Assembly: GCA_030667285.1 (NCBI GenBank)
Contig: DAOUWE010000001.1
Span: 1-30,335 of the forward strand
Length of the DNA: 30,335 nt
Reading direction: 5' to 3'
Source: Candidatus Shapirobacteria bacterium
GTDB lineage: Bacteria; Patescibacteriota; Microgenomatia; UBA12405; JAUWLS01
In this document: piece by piece, positions 10,523 to 18,369 of the stretch
Position numbering within the stretch: position 1 is the first letter of the stretch
Layout of the letters: each line of letters begins with the position of its first letter
Translations under genes and position numbers: made by a program
The notes under the pieces: generated by a model
The model's database searches: none
What the model saw: the letters and a program-made list of their open reading frames with translations, nothing else
Told to the model about the DNA's origin: nothing

Positions 10523-11404
10523 CTAACCCATCTTTTTCAAAAGATACTCCACTATTTTTTTCCCTATATCTGTTCTTGTTCTCTTTTCCATAATCTCAAA
10601 CTCCGGCGCCTGATTCACCTCTATTATCACCGGCTTTCCACTCCTCTCATCTATCACCACATCCGCCCCGGCAATTTCTACTCCCAAAACCTCTATCGCT
10701 TTTCTTACCAGAACCTTCACCTCTTCTGGTGCCTCCTTAGCCTCTGATTGCCCCATAGATCGATTCAAAGCCACCCTGCCTGTATCTTTTTTTCCTCTCT
10801 TAAAAGACCCCACTATCTCTCCTCCAATAGCAAACACTCTCCAATCCCCATCATTTGGAATGTATTCCTGTACCAAAAATCCTCCTCCTCTCCCGAATAA
10901 CAATCTCTCGATATCATCACCTTTCTTGACCAAAAAAGTCCCTACCCCGTGCCGACCCGAACTCGACTTAACCACCACCTCCCCCTTCTCCTTGACCCAT
11001 TTCACCATATCTTTTTTGTTTACACTATATTTAGTATCCGCATAGGCCACCCCTGCTTTCATTAGTAAGTACGCCTCCATCCCCTTTCTTTTCCTCATGC
11101 TCCCACCCATTCCCAATAGATACTTGTCCACCACCGCAATCCCTTTTTCTTTTGCGTGCTCTAAGAGTATCGGCAACCACTCATTTTTGTCCCCCACCGA
11201 TCGAAAACAAAATAATCCCGCACCTATCAAATCCTTTCCTTGAGCCTCCAACACCACCTCTCCTTCCACCTTCTTCATAACCAGTTCACTATAATGAACT
11301 GGCCGGATTTCAACCCCACTCTTCTCTCCTGCCTCTATCATCCTCCTTACTCCAGTCGTCCATGCCGTATAAAAAACAATTATTTTTTTCTTCATCATTC
11401 TCAA
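10523..11404 (-). CDS. RimK-family ATP-grasp ligase
   Basis: VVVKSSSGRHGVG, FLVQEYIP..GDWRVFAIGG, ALNRSMG, IAGADVV, IIEVNQAP. Start may be a few codons downstream. Confidence 0.85.
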   Translation of the reverse strand: MRMMKKKIIVFYTAWTTGVRRMIEAGEKSGVEIRPVHYSELVMKKVEGEVVLEAQGKDLIGAGLFCFRSVGDKNEWLPILLEHAKEKGIAVVDKYLLGMGGSMRKRKGMEAYLLMKAGVAYADTKYSVNKKDMVKWVKEKGEVVVKSSSGRHGVGTFLVKKGDDIERLLFGRGGGFLVQEYIPNDGDWRVFAIGGEIVGSFKRGKKDTGRVALNRSMGQSEAKEAPEEVKVLVRKAIEVLGVEIAGADVVIDERSGKPVIIEVNQAPEFEIMEKRTRTDIGKKIVEYLLKKMG

Positions 11405-11411
11405 TTATATT

Positions 11412-12725
11412 CTAGGTTTTTACTAAAAATCCATCCAGATCTCTTCTTCCCACCAAAAACTTAGTTCTCACCCTTGACCTGTTTGCTACATTAGCTAAAG
11501 AGATAATTTTCTTCCCTTTCATCCAATACTTTATAGCAATCACCGGTCTTCCCTTATGTCTACCCAAAGCTGACCTGTAATTTCTATAATACAAAACATT
11601 GTCCTTTTCCAAAAGACCCAGCTTCTTAGCCAAACTTTCGTCTATCGAACTTCTATAAGCTCCCGTATCAATCTTCGCCCTAACCACTTCTTTCTGCTTA
11701 CCTTTCCCCTTAATACTGATTGTCTCCAAAGCATTCAAAACTATTTTCTTTCCATCGCTCTCTTTTACCTTGTCAACAAAACTTTCTCCAAAAAGCGATT
11801 GTGAAATTTTTATTGCATGTTCTGTAGACCTCGTTCTCAAATCAGCCACTCTCTCTAATCTCTTTTTCAATCCTGCCCTATTGCAAATCTGAATCGACAA
11901 ACCCGGTCGAGCATTCACCTCCAAAACCAAAGGTCCCAATTCTTTATCCAAAACAACATCCACTCCCATAAAACCAAGAGAAGGTATCGCTTTTTGTGCT
12001 TCCACTGCCGTTTCTAATATCCTTTTCCATAACGGAATTTTTATTCCGTTAACCTTTATTAATTTCTTTTTCCTGTAGTCCCTTAATTTTTTTATGAATT
12101 TACCCTTTCCTATCACCCCATAAGTAGTTATTCCGGACACCATATCTATTCCCAATCCCATCGCTCCTTGTTGCAAATTCGACTTACCCCCCGACTCGCC
12201 GGTAGGAATACGAAGCATGGCCATTACGGGAATCTTGTTGTAAACAATCACTCTTACATCCGGTGTTCCTACTCTCGCAAAACGCAAAAACTTAGGATGG
12301 ATCTTTACTCTCTCTTCCAAAAGCACCCTATCCGGCCTCCTGTGTAATGAAAATCTCCCTGCCAAAATTTCCTGACAATGCATTTTAAATTCCGCACTCG
12401 TGTGTACATTTCCCGTCATGTCCACCCATTCTCCCGCCCACTTTCCCCTTTTTCTAATCACCAAAATCCCCTCTCCTCCGAAACCTGACACCGGCTTAAT
12501 CACAAAATTTCCCAAAAGATCTTCCCACTTAAACCTTTCCGGTGAATTCGTGTTTGAAAATATCTTAATCTTTCTTGGCACACCCACCCCTGCCTCTCTC
12601 AAAATCTTTTTTGTCCGAGTTTTTGAATCCGCAATCCCCCGCCCTTCGACACTATTATGTTTCAAATAAAGCGCCATTCTGGCATTAACGGTCAAAAAAT
12701 CACTTTTCTTATACATAAAACTCAA
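11412..12725 (-). CDS. Alpha-L-glutamate ligase-like ATP-grasp fused to C-terminal RimB/retropepsin-like aspartic protease
   Basis: N-terminal: NAR, DSKTRTK, FVIKPVSGFGGEGI, PDVRVIV, AMLRIPT..SGGKSNLQQGA, GVDVVLD...GPLVLEVNARPGLSIQ. C-terminal: AKIDTGAYRSSID..LA..LGL, RPVI, L.GR. Confidence 0.85.
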   Translation of the reverse strand: MSFMYKKSDFLTVNARMALYLKHNSVEGRGIADSKTRTKKILREAGVGVPRKIKIFSNTNSPERFKWEDLLGNFVIKPVSGFGGEGILVIRKRGKWAGEWVDMTGNVHTSAEFKMHCQEILAGRFSLHRRPDRVLLEERVKIHPKFLRFARVGTPDVRVIVYNKIPVMAMLRIPTGESGGKSNLQQGAMGLGIDMVSGITTYGVIGKGKFIKKLRDYRKKKLIKVNGIKIPLWKRILETAVEAQKAIPSLGFMGVDVVLDKELGPLVLEVNARPGLSIQICNRAGLKKRLERVADLRTRSTEHAIKISQSLFGESFVDKVKESDGKKIVLNALETISIKGKGKQKEVVRAKIDTGAYRSSIDESLAKKLGLLEKDNVLYYRNYRSALGRHKGRPVIAIKYWMKGKKIISLANVANRSRVRTKFLVGRRDLDGFLVKT

Positions 12726-12729
12726 AAAA

Positions 12730-13545
12730 CTATTTTTTCTTTTTTGTCCTCACTGCCTTACCAAACCTTCCGTGTTCCAATAATCGATACCCCGTATACT
12801 TCCCCACTAAAGAATTTACTCCTATTACTATCAAAAGGGTCCACTCCGGATTCAAAAGCACCATTTCTTGCAACCATCTCCAATTCATAAACGAGGACGC
12901 CAAAATCGCCAAAATCAAAGTTCCCAAGGTCAATTTTTTTGCCTCACTTTTACTTTTAGCCAACTGTGTTCTCACAAACTCCTCTGACAAAAGAACCATT
13001 ATTAAAACCGGAAAAATAGAAATTCCGGTCAAATCTGCTCCTCCCCAAAAAGAAGACAAAATCATCAAGAGAAACGCTCCCAAAGAAATAAACAACAAAC
13101 CAATTGATCTCCTTGTCCAGTAATGAAGTCTCACTTTTCTTAGTCCATAAGCTACTACCAAACTAATCAATAAAATCATCGCAAACAAAGCCAGGCCTCC
13201 TGCTATCCCCGTCGCCATAAAAGTTATCGCCACCATCGTCGGCATAAAAGTTCCAAATCCCGTCAATCCCACCCCATAATGCAAAATGGCAATCATCGTC
13301 GCCAATATCGGTACTATCAATATCAATACTATCGTACTTGCCGGTATTCCTCTATCTACTCCGACCCTTACTAAATATTTCAAAGAATTAAACACTCCGC
13401 CCTTGATCTCTTGTTTTTCCAAAACCGATTCCAGTCTGTCTCCGGCCTCTTCATCTCCTGACTCCATCCCCCAAACCCCGGCCGGCCTAACCGACAAAAA
13501 AAGAAAAAACAAAACAAGACCTAAAAACCGAAAAAAGCTTTTCAT
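12730..13545 (-). CDS. 7TM protein of the type usually fused to inactive transglutaminase (7TM_transglut-like)
   Basis: Signal peptide plus several TM helices. GLTGFGTFMP, IFPVLIMV..SEEF, PE, GKYTGYRLLE..RF motifs. No transglutaminase domain present. Confidence 0.8.
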   Translation of the reverse strand: MKSFFRFLGLVLFFLFLSVRPAGVWGMESGDEEAGDRLESVLEKQEIKGGVFNSLKYLVRVGVDRGIPASTIVLILIVPILATMIAILHYGVGLTGFGTFMPTMVAITFMATGIAGGLALFAMILLISLVVAYGLRKVRLHYWTRRSIGLLFISLGAFLLMILSSFWGGADLTGISIFPVLIMVLLSEEFVRTQLAKSKSEAKKLTLGTLILAILASSFMNWRWLQEMVLLNPEWTLLIVIGVNSLVGKYTGYRLLEHGRFGKAVRTKKKK

Positions 13546-13582
13546 TATAAAACAAACAGAGAATCATTAAATAGGCATGGGA

Positions 13583-13591
13583 ATTATACCA
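13583..13591 (-). promoter_or_regulatory. Extended -10 for the ATP-grasp operon
   Basis: TGGTATAAT, a perfect extended -10, about 37 nt upstream of ATG 13545. Confidence 0.65.
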
Positions 13592-13617
13592 AATCTACAT
13601 GTTAAAATAAGTAAAAC

Positions 13618-13646
13618 TTGTTACGCTTCACACTTCGTACTATTAT
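13618..13646 (+). promoter_or_regulatory. Candidate promoter for the pilin-like array
   Basis: TTGTTA, 17 nt, TATTAT; back-to-back with the - strand promoter. Confidence 0.45.
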
Positions 13647-13671
13647 TACCATTATTACCATGCAATAACCC

Positions 13672-14010
13672 ATGTCAATAACCCCTTTTCTTGCTAAAAT
13701 AAATATCGGAGAAAAATACCTCTTTGGCACTCGTACAGCCAAAGAAGTCTTCCCCACCGTCGGCTCTCTCTTCTCCGTTCTCCTTTTCAATGTCTATACT
13801 ATAGTAAGCATCATTCTTGTCTTTATTTTAATCTTTGGCGGAATTACTCTTATAACCGGCAACAAAGAAGGGAACAAAGATACCACTGCCAAAGGAAAGG
13901 CCGCCATTACCGCCGCCATCGCCGGTTTCTTTATTGTTGTCTTTTCTTACTTTATAATCCAATTAATAGAAACTATTACCGGAATCAAAATCTTAAATCC
14001 CGATGTATAA
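13672..14010 (+). CDS. T4SS pilin-like (TrbC/VirB2-like) protein 1
   Basis: 112 aa. Two TM helices flanking GGITLITGNKEGNKDTTAKGKAAITAAIAG. Confidence 0.7.
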   Translation: MSITPFLAKINIGEKYLFGTRTAKEVFPTVGSLFSVLLFNVYTIVSIILVFILIFGGITLITGNKEGNKDTTAKGKAAITAAIAGFFIVVFSYFIIQLIETITGIKILNPDV

Positions 14011-14419
14011 ACCAATGAAGAAAATAAAATCTTTTTTTTACATTCTCCCTTTCTATCTCCTAACCGCTCTTCCTGTTCAAGCTCAACCGGTTTTTGGTCC
14101 CATTACACTCCCCCCCGACCTCGGAATATACGGCTCCGACCGTGGCTCCGGTCTTTTTACTTTCATGAACATTCTCATTAAACTTCTTATGGCTTTAGCC
14201 GGAATTTTTTCTGTCTTCCAGTTCTTGGCCGCCGGATACGGTTTCATGTCCGCCGGAGGAGACGCTCAAAAAATGGCCACCGCCTGGGCAAAAATCTGGC
14301 AAAGTCTTATTGGTCTAGTTGTCGTCGCCAGCTCCTTAGTTCTGGCTGGTGTCGCCGGTCAAGTAATTTTCGGTGATTGGAACGCTTTACTAAATCCCAC
14401 TATCTATGGACCAAATTAA
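14003..14419 (+). CDS. T4SS pilin-like protein 2
   Basis: Signal ending VQAQ; core AGYGFMSAGGDAQKMATAWAKIWQSLIG between TM helices. Confidence 0.8.
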   Translation: MYKPMKKIKSFFYILPFYLLTALPVQAQPVFGPITLPPDLGIYGSDRGSGLFTFMNILIKLLMALAGIFSVFQFLAAGYGFMSAGGDAQKMATAWAKIWQSLIGLVVVASSLVLAGVAGQVIFGDWNALLNPTIYGPN

Positions 14420-14777
14420 ATTTCTAGCCCAAGTCCCCAAAATAACCGGAGTCCTGGAAGGAGAAGGCAACCTCAGCCTCCCTGGAGACCAATCCGGTAC
14501 TCTTTTAGAAAAAGTCATTAGTAACGTTATTGGAGTCATGACCATTGTTGCCATTATCTACTTTGCTTTCCAGGTCATCTTTGCCGGCTACGGTCTCATG
14601 AGCGCCAATGACGACGCTCAAAAAATAAAACAAAACACCCAAAAAATCACTCAGGGCATTATTGGCCTAATTGTTGTTATTGCCGCTGTCTTCTTGGCAC
14701 GCCTCTTGGGTACTCTTCTGGGAATAGACAATGTTCTAAATATTAACGATTGGATAACCAATACCATTACTCCTTAA
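14406..14777 (+). CDS. T4SS pilin-like protein 3
   Basis: FLAQ start; core AGYGLMSANDDAQKIKQNTQKITQGIIG. Confidence 0.8.
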   Translation: MDQIKFLAQVPKITGVLEGEGNLSLPGDQSGTLLEKVISNVIGVMTIVAIIYFAFQVIFAGYGLMSANDDAQKIKQNTQKITQGIIGLIVVIAAVFLARLLGTLLGIDNVLNINDWITNTITP

Positions 14778-14781
14778 CTCC

Positions 14782-15135
14782 ATGAAAAACAAATTTTTAA
14801 CCCAAATCATAAACCCACTCATTACCGATGATCGTTATACTCCGGAAAACGATCCCGGAGGAACTCAGTTCACCAGTGATCTCATAGGTGCCATCATCAG
14901 ATTACTTCTCCTGGTTGCTGTAATTATCTTTGTTTTCCAGTTTCTTCTAGGAGCTATTCAATGGATCATGTCCGAAGGCGACAAAACCAAACTTGAAAAA
15001 GCCAGGTCGCAAATTCAAAATTCTCTCACTGGTCTCTTTATCGCTTTTCTCGTATTTGTTATACTTTTCTTAATTGGTCACTTTTTCGGCATTGAAAGCC
15101 TAAAAACCTTTACCTTGCAATGGCCTGCAATTTAG
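14782..15135 (+). CDS. T4SS pilin-like protein 4
   Basis: FLTQ start; core GAIQWIMSEGDKTKLEKARSQIQNSLTG. Confidence 0.8.
   Translation: MKNKFLTQIINPLITDDRYTPENDPGGTQFTSDLIGAIIRLLLLVAVIIFVFQFLLGAIQWIMSEGDKTKLEKARSQIQNSLTGLFIAFLVFVILFLIGHFFGIESLKTFTLQWPAI
14960..14993 (+). repeat. 34-nt direct repeat copy 1 (copy 2 at 15402-15435)
   Basis: aatggatcatgtccgaagg(c/t)gacaaaaccaaact, 33/34 identical. Confidence 0.9.
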
Positions 15136-15199
15136 ATTAAACTATTTCATCTAAAAAGTTATTCTACCTTTTAAATTAAAATTTGATTAAAAAACAAAT

Positions 15200-15577
15200 A
15201 TGAAAGCACTCATTGTCCTCAAAGAAATCATTGTAAAAACAGCATATGCCCAAGACACCATTGAGTTAGTCCCAGGAGCTGGCAGTGATTTTGCTAACAT
15301 AGCAAATCTCACTCCCGGAAGCGTTATAGGAGGTCTTGTTCGTCTCGTACTCATGCTAGCCGCCATTATTTTCTTTTTCATGTTTGTTATGGGTGGTATT
15401 AAATGGATCATGTCCGAAGGTGACAAAACCAAACTAGATACTGCTCGCCAACAAATCACCAACGCACTCGTTGGTTTGGCCATCATCTTTGTTGCCTGGG
15501 CTATCATTGTTCTTCTCAATCAGCTCTTCGACATTGATCTTATGAGTCTCTCTCTTCCAACTCTTCAGCCAAACTAA
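15200..15577 (+). CDS. T4SS pilin-like protein 5
   Basis: AYAQ processing-type motif; core GGIKWIMSEGDKTKLDTARQQITNALVG. Confidence 0.82.
   Translation: MKALIVLKEIIVKTAYAQDTIELVPGAGSDFANIANLTPGSVIGGLVRLVLMLAAIIFFFMFVMGGIKWIMSEGDKTKLDTARQQITNALVGLAIIFVAWAIIVLLNQLFDIDLMSLSLPTLQPN
15402..15435 (+). repeat. 34-nt direct repeat copy 2
   Basis: See 14960-14993. Confidence 0.9.
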
Positions 15578-15597
15578 AAGTTTTTTTACAAAAAATC

Positions 15598-15624
15598 AAA
15601 AACCCCTCTCCAGAGGGGTTTTTT
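15598..15624. terminator. Bidirectional intrinsic terminator after pilin 5
   Basis: AAAAA-CCCCTC-tcca-GAGGGG-TTTTTT. Confidence 0.85.
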
Positions 15625-15640
15625 AGTCCCTTTTCTCGCA

Positions 15641-15649
15641 TGCTAAAAT
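15641..15649 (+). promoter_or_regulatory. Extended -10 for pilin 6, 5 nt before ATG
   Basis: TGcTAAAAT-aaccc-ATG. Confidence 0.6.
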
Positions 15650-15654
15650 AACCC

Positions 15655-16005
15655 ATGTGGATGCCCATCAAACCCGCTTACGCCCAAACTCATAACTGGT
15701 TCGACATAAACACCGCTTGTGTTACCGATGGTGATGTCGCTACCATCAAAGGCCTAGAATGCCTCTTTTCCAACACCCTCTCTGTTCTAACCACTGTCGC
15801 CGGCCTGGTTTTCTTTTTTATGCTCATCGCCGGTGGTTTCAAAATGATTTTTTCCGGAGGCGATCCCAAAACCGCCGCCTCCGCTCGCTCCACTATAACT
15901 TCCGCCGCCATCGGTCTCGTCGTCAGTATTGCCGCCTGGCTAATTCTAAACTTTATCGAAATCTTCACCGGTGCTCCTGTAACCGAATTCACCATCTCTA
16001 GTTAG
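15655..16005 (+). CDS. T4SS pilin-like protein 6
   Basis: AYAQ motif, C...DVATIKGLECLF, core GGFKMIFSGGDPKTAASARSTITSAAIG. Confidence 0.82.
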   Translation: MWMPIKPAYAQTHNWFDINTACVTDGDVATIKGLECLFSNTLSVLTTVAGLVFFFMLIAGGFKMIFSGGDPKTAASARSTITSAAIGLVVSIAAWLILNFIEIFTGAPVTEFTISS

Positions 16006-16006
16006 A

Positions 16007-16015
16007 TGTTAGAAT
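16007..16015 (+). promoter_or_regulatory. Extended -10 for the 779-aa gene, 5 nt before ATG
   Basis: TGtTAGAAT-agttt-ATG. Confidence 0.6.
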
Positions 16016-16020
16016 AGTTT

Positions 16021-18360
16021 ATGCCCAAAAAGCTTAGTTTACTGCTTTTCTTTTTTCTCTTCTTCTCCCCGCTTCCCGTCATCGCCGGCTCCCCAGGTCT
16101 CAATCTTATCAACAGTCCCGGCACCGCTGGATATGTTCCCGATATAGACACCGTAGACGATTGGATGACCTACATCCCCGAAACCCCCGAAAATCTTAAC
16201 AACACAAACGCCGACAATATCCCTTCCGACAACGTCATTCTCCGCCTCCACGCCGCTTGGACTAATACTGGAAAACAAATGTTAGGTTCTGCTACCCAAC
16301 AACTCACCGTAGCCAACCAATGGTGTAATGCTGTTAATCACTTTGCTTCTTCGAAATCCACCGTCTACGTCGAACCTTTCAACGAACTCTCTCATCCTAC
16401 GGAAAGACTCGTTCCCACCGAGGAAAGACCCATTTCCGGAGACGCCTTTGTTGATCTAGATGACGGAATCTTTAGAGCCAACCGTTTTATTGGCTATTTA
16501 AGTTCTTGTCTTTCGAGCGAAGCTACTCTAACTTCTCCCTCTCTCGACCCTCACAACGCCGATTTTCCCACCACTTCTAAAGCCTTCGCCCCATATTTCA
16601 ACGTAATCTCCTATCACTCCTACAATACCGCCACTACTCAAAGCTACAACTCCGGACTCCTCGCTGGAAAAAAATTCATCTTCAGCGAAGTCGGCACAAT
16701 GTCCGGCGGTCAAGTCATCTATGACGACTGCGCTCTCGTCAAACATTTTTGCGGCGAAGGAGTTAGTCAATTTCTTCAAGATAAATCCAACATCCTCGCC
16801 TATACTCTTTTCACTTTCTCTCCTGGAGATTACGGAGGAGGCGATTGGAAACTTACCAATCCCGACGTCGTCCGCGCCCTGGCCAACGACTGCGAAAATC
16901 TCACTATTGATCCCGACACTTGCCGAATCGGCAGTTCTTATGGTCCCGGCACCGGCGACTTGTGCTCTCCTATTCAACCTGACGGTGTCACTCACGAAAA
17001 TCCCGTCGGAGCTCCTTTCTGCCCCGAACATCCCTATGTCGACAACGTCAAAAATCACCCTCCTGCCAACGACCTTTGTACTTTTGGCATAAGCGTCTCT
17101 GAAGGCTTCAGCAACCCTATTCCTATTGTCACCGGCACTCCTCCTCCTGCTCCCGATTTAATCATTCAAGAAGTTTCCCAAAACAAAGACCACGACAATT
17201 CTCGCCTGCCCGGAATTTACCAGTTTATAGCTCGTCTTTTTTGGGAAAATGATCAAGAAGATATTTTTGAAGACAAAACTGTCCACGATATCGGACCTGA
17301 CGTTCGATCATCCACTTATAACGAAAACCTGGCCCGACGAGACCTGGTCATGATGGAAGCCGTCCTTTCTCTTGGAGACTCTGCTAATCTCAACGCCTTT
17401 GACACCCAAATCGGTTGGGCCTGTCAAGGATCATCCGGCCAAAACTGGTGTTCCAAAACCCCCTTGGCAAATCAACTTTGTCGTCCGGTTTACATCTCAG
17501 AAATTGCCGCTCAGGGCATAGAAGAAGGACATCAAGCTATTAAGATCATCAACGACCAGGGCCAAATTGACCAACTTTGGACCAGCCAGATTGTAAACTA
17601 CGAAGAAAATCTACGGGCACATTACGGACCAATTACTGACAGTTATTGTGATGGCAATCTAGGAGGCTGTCTTTACTTACAAAGAATCTCTCGTGAACCC
17701 AATGTCGACGTAGAGGCCATTAAAAAATCAACTCTTCTCTCTAAACTGGGCCACTACTGCTACAACCATCTCTGGGAACAACTCCCCAAACTCCAAAAAG
17801 GGGGCAGTGAAATGATTCTCTCCGTTACCAATACTGAATCAACTGGAGAGGTCACCGAAGATCACGCCATGAACGTCCCTTATTCCGCCACTCTCATTAA
17901 TTCTCAAAACGATCAATATCGACCCAAATTTTACGACAAATTCCTACCCAAAACCCACTCTCAAAACCTCCCTTCCATTTCCACCAACAACTGTTCTCAA
18001 CCGGCCACCCCACCTTCTGTCACTCAAGACACCGTCCATATTCCTTCTTTTTTAGCCCGTGTCTGGAAAGCAATTATAGCCATCATTAAACCCGGAGAAT
18101 CCAAAACTGTCACCGAATCTGCCTCCGCTCGAGTCCAAACCGATCCTGAATTTTACGAGGCTACTCGTGACGCCGGAGAACTTGGATCTTTTTTTCTGCC
18201 TCGATCCGAACAAGAAGAATTTACTGATTCACCCAATGCTTACTATGTCCAAAGTCCCGCAAGTTCTGAAGAAAGCATTCCTCTCCCCGCTCCCGGAAAA
18301 CCCGAAAAACTCGACAAAGCTAGATCTCAATTTCTTATTCCCAAATCTCAACAAAACTAA
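16021..18360 (+). CDS. Secreted 779-aa protein with putative clan GH-A glycoside hydrolase domain and Cys-rich C-terminal region
   Basis: Signal peptide. YVEPFNE (acid/base-like), ISYHSY and FIFSEVG (nucleophile-like) in the order of a GH-A barrel. Many Cys in the rest of the protein. Confidence 0.6.
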   Translation: MPKKLSLLLFFFLFFSPLPVIAGSPGLNLINSPGTAGYVPDIDTVDDWMTYIPETPENLNNTNADNIPSDNVILRLHAAWTNTGKQMLGSATQQLTVANQWCNAVNHFASSKSTVYVEPFNELSHPTERLVPTEERPISGDAFVDLDDGIFRANRFIGYLSSCLSSEATLTSPSLDPHNADFPTTSKAFAPYFNVISYHSYNTATTQSYNSGLLAGKKFIFSEVGTMSGGQVIYDDCALVKHFCGEGVSQFLQDKSNILAYTLFTFSPGDYGGGDWKLTNPDVVRALANDCENLTIDPDTCRIGSSYGPGTGDLCSPIQPDGVTHENPVGAPFCPEHPYVDNVKNHPPANDLCTFGISVSEGFSNPIPIVTGTPPPAPDLIIQEVSQNKDHDNSRLPGIYQFIARLFWENDQEDIFEDKTVHDIGPDVRSSTYNENLARRDLVMMEAVLSLGDSANLNAFDTQIGWACQGSSGQNWCSKTPLANQLCRPVYISEIAAQGIEEGHQAIKIINDQGQIDQLWTSQIVNYEENLRAHYGPITDSYCDGNLGGCLYLQRISREPNVDVEAIKKSTLLSKLGHYCYNHLWEQLPKLQKGGSEMILSVTNTESTGEVTEDHAMNVPYSATLINSQNDQYRPKFYDKFLPKTHSQNLPSISTNNCSQPATPPSVTQDTVHIPSFLARVWKAIIAIIKPGESKTVTESASARVQTDPEFYEATRDAGELGSFFLPRSEQEEFTDSPNAYYVQSPASSEESIPLPAPGKPEKLDKARSQFLIPKSQQN

Positions 18361-18369
18361 TCTTAACTC

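Noticed and set aside
10444-10530. tRNA-Ile 3' end as integration site of an island starting with the ATP-grasp operon
   Set aside because: No duplicated tRNA 3' segment (att), integrase or composition shift seen in the window.
13692-13700. TGcTAAAAT inside pilin 1 as another leaderless promoter
   Set aside because: No start codon 5-7 nt downstream; it encodes the FLAK leader motif shared with other pilins.
13672-16005. Pilin genes as type IV (PilA-type) pilins
   Set aside because: No class III signal (G|FTLxE); two-TM hairpin with GD..K..A core fits VirB2/TrbC-like instead.
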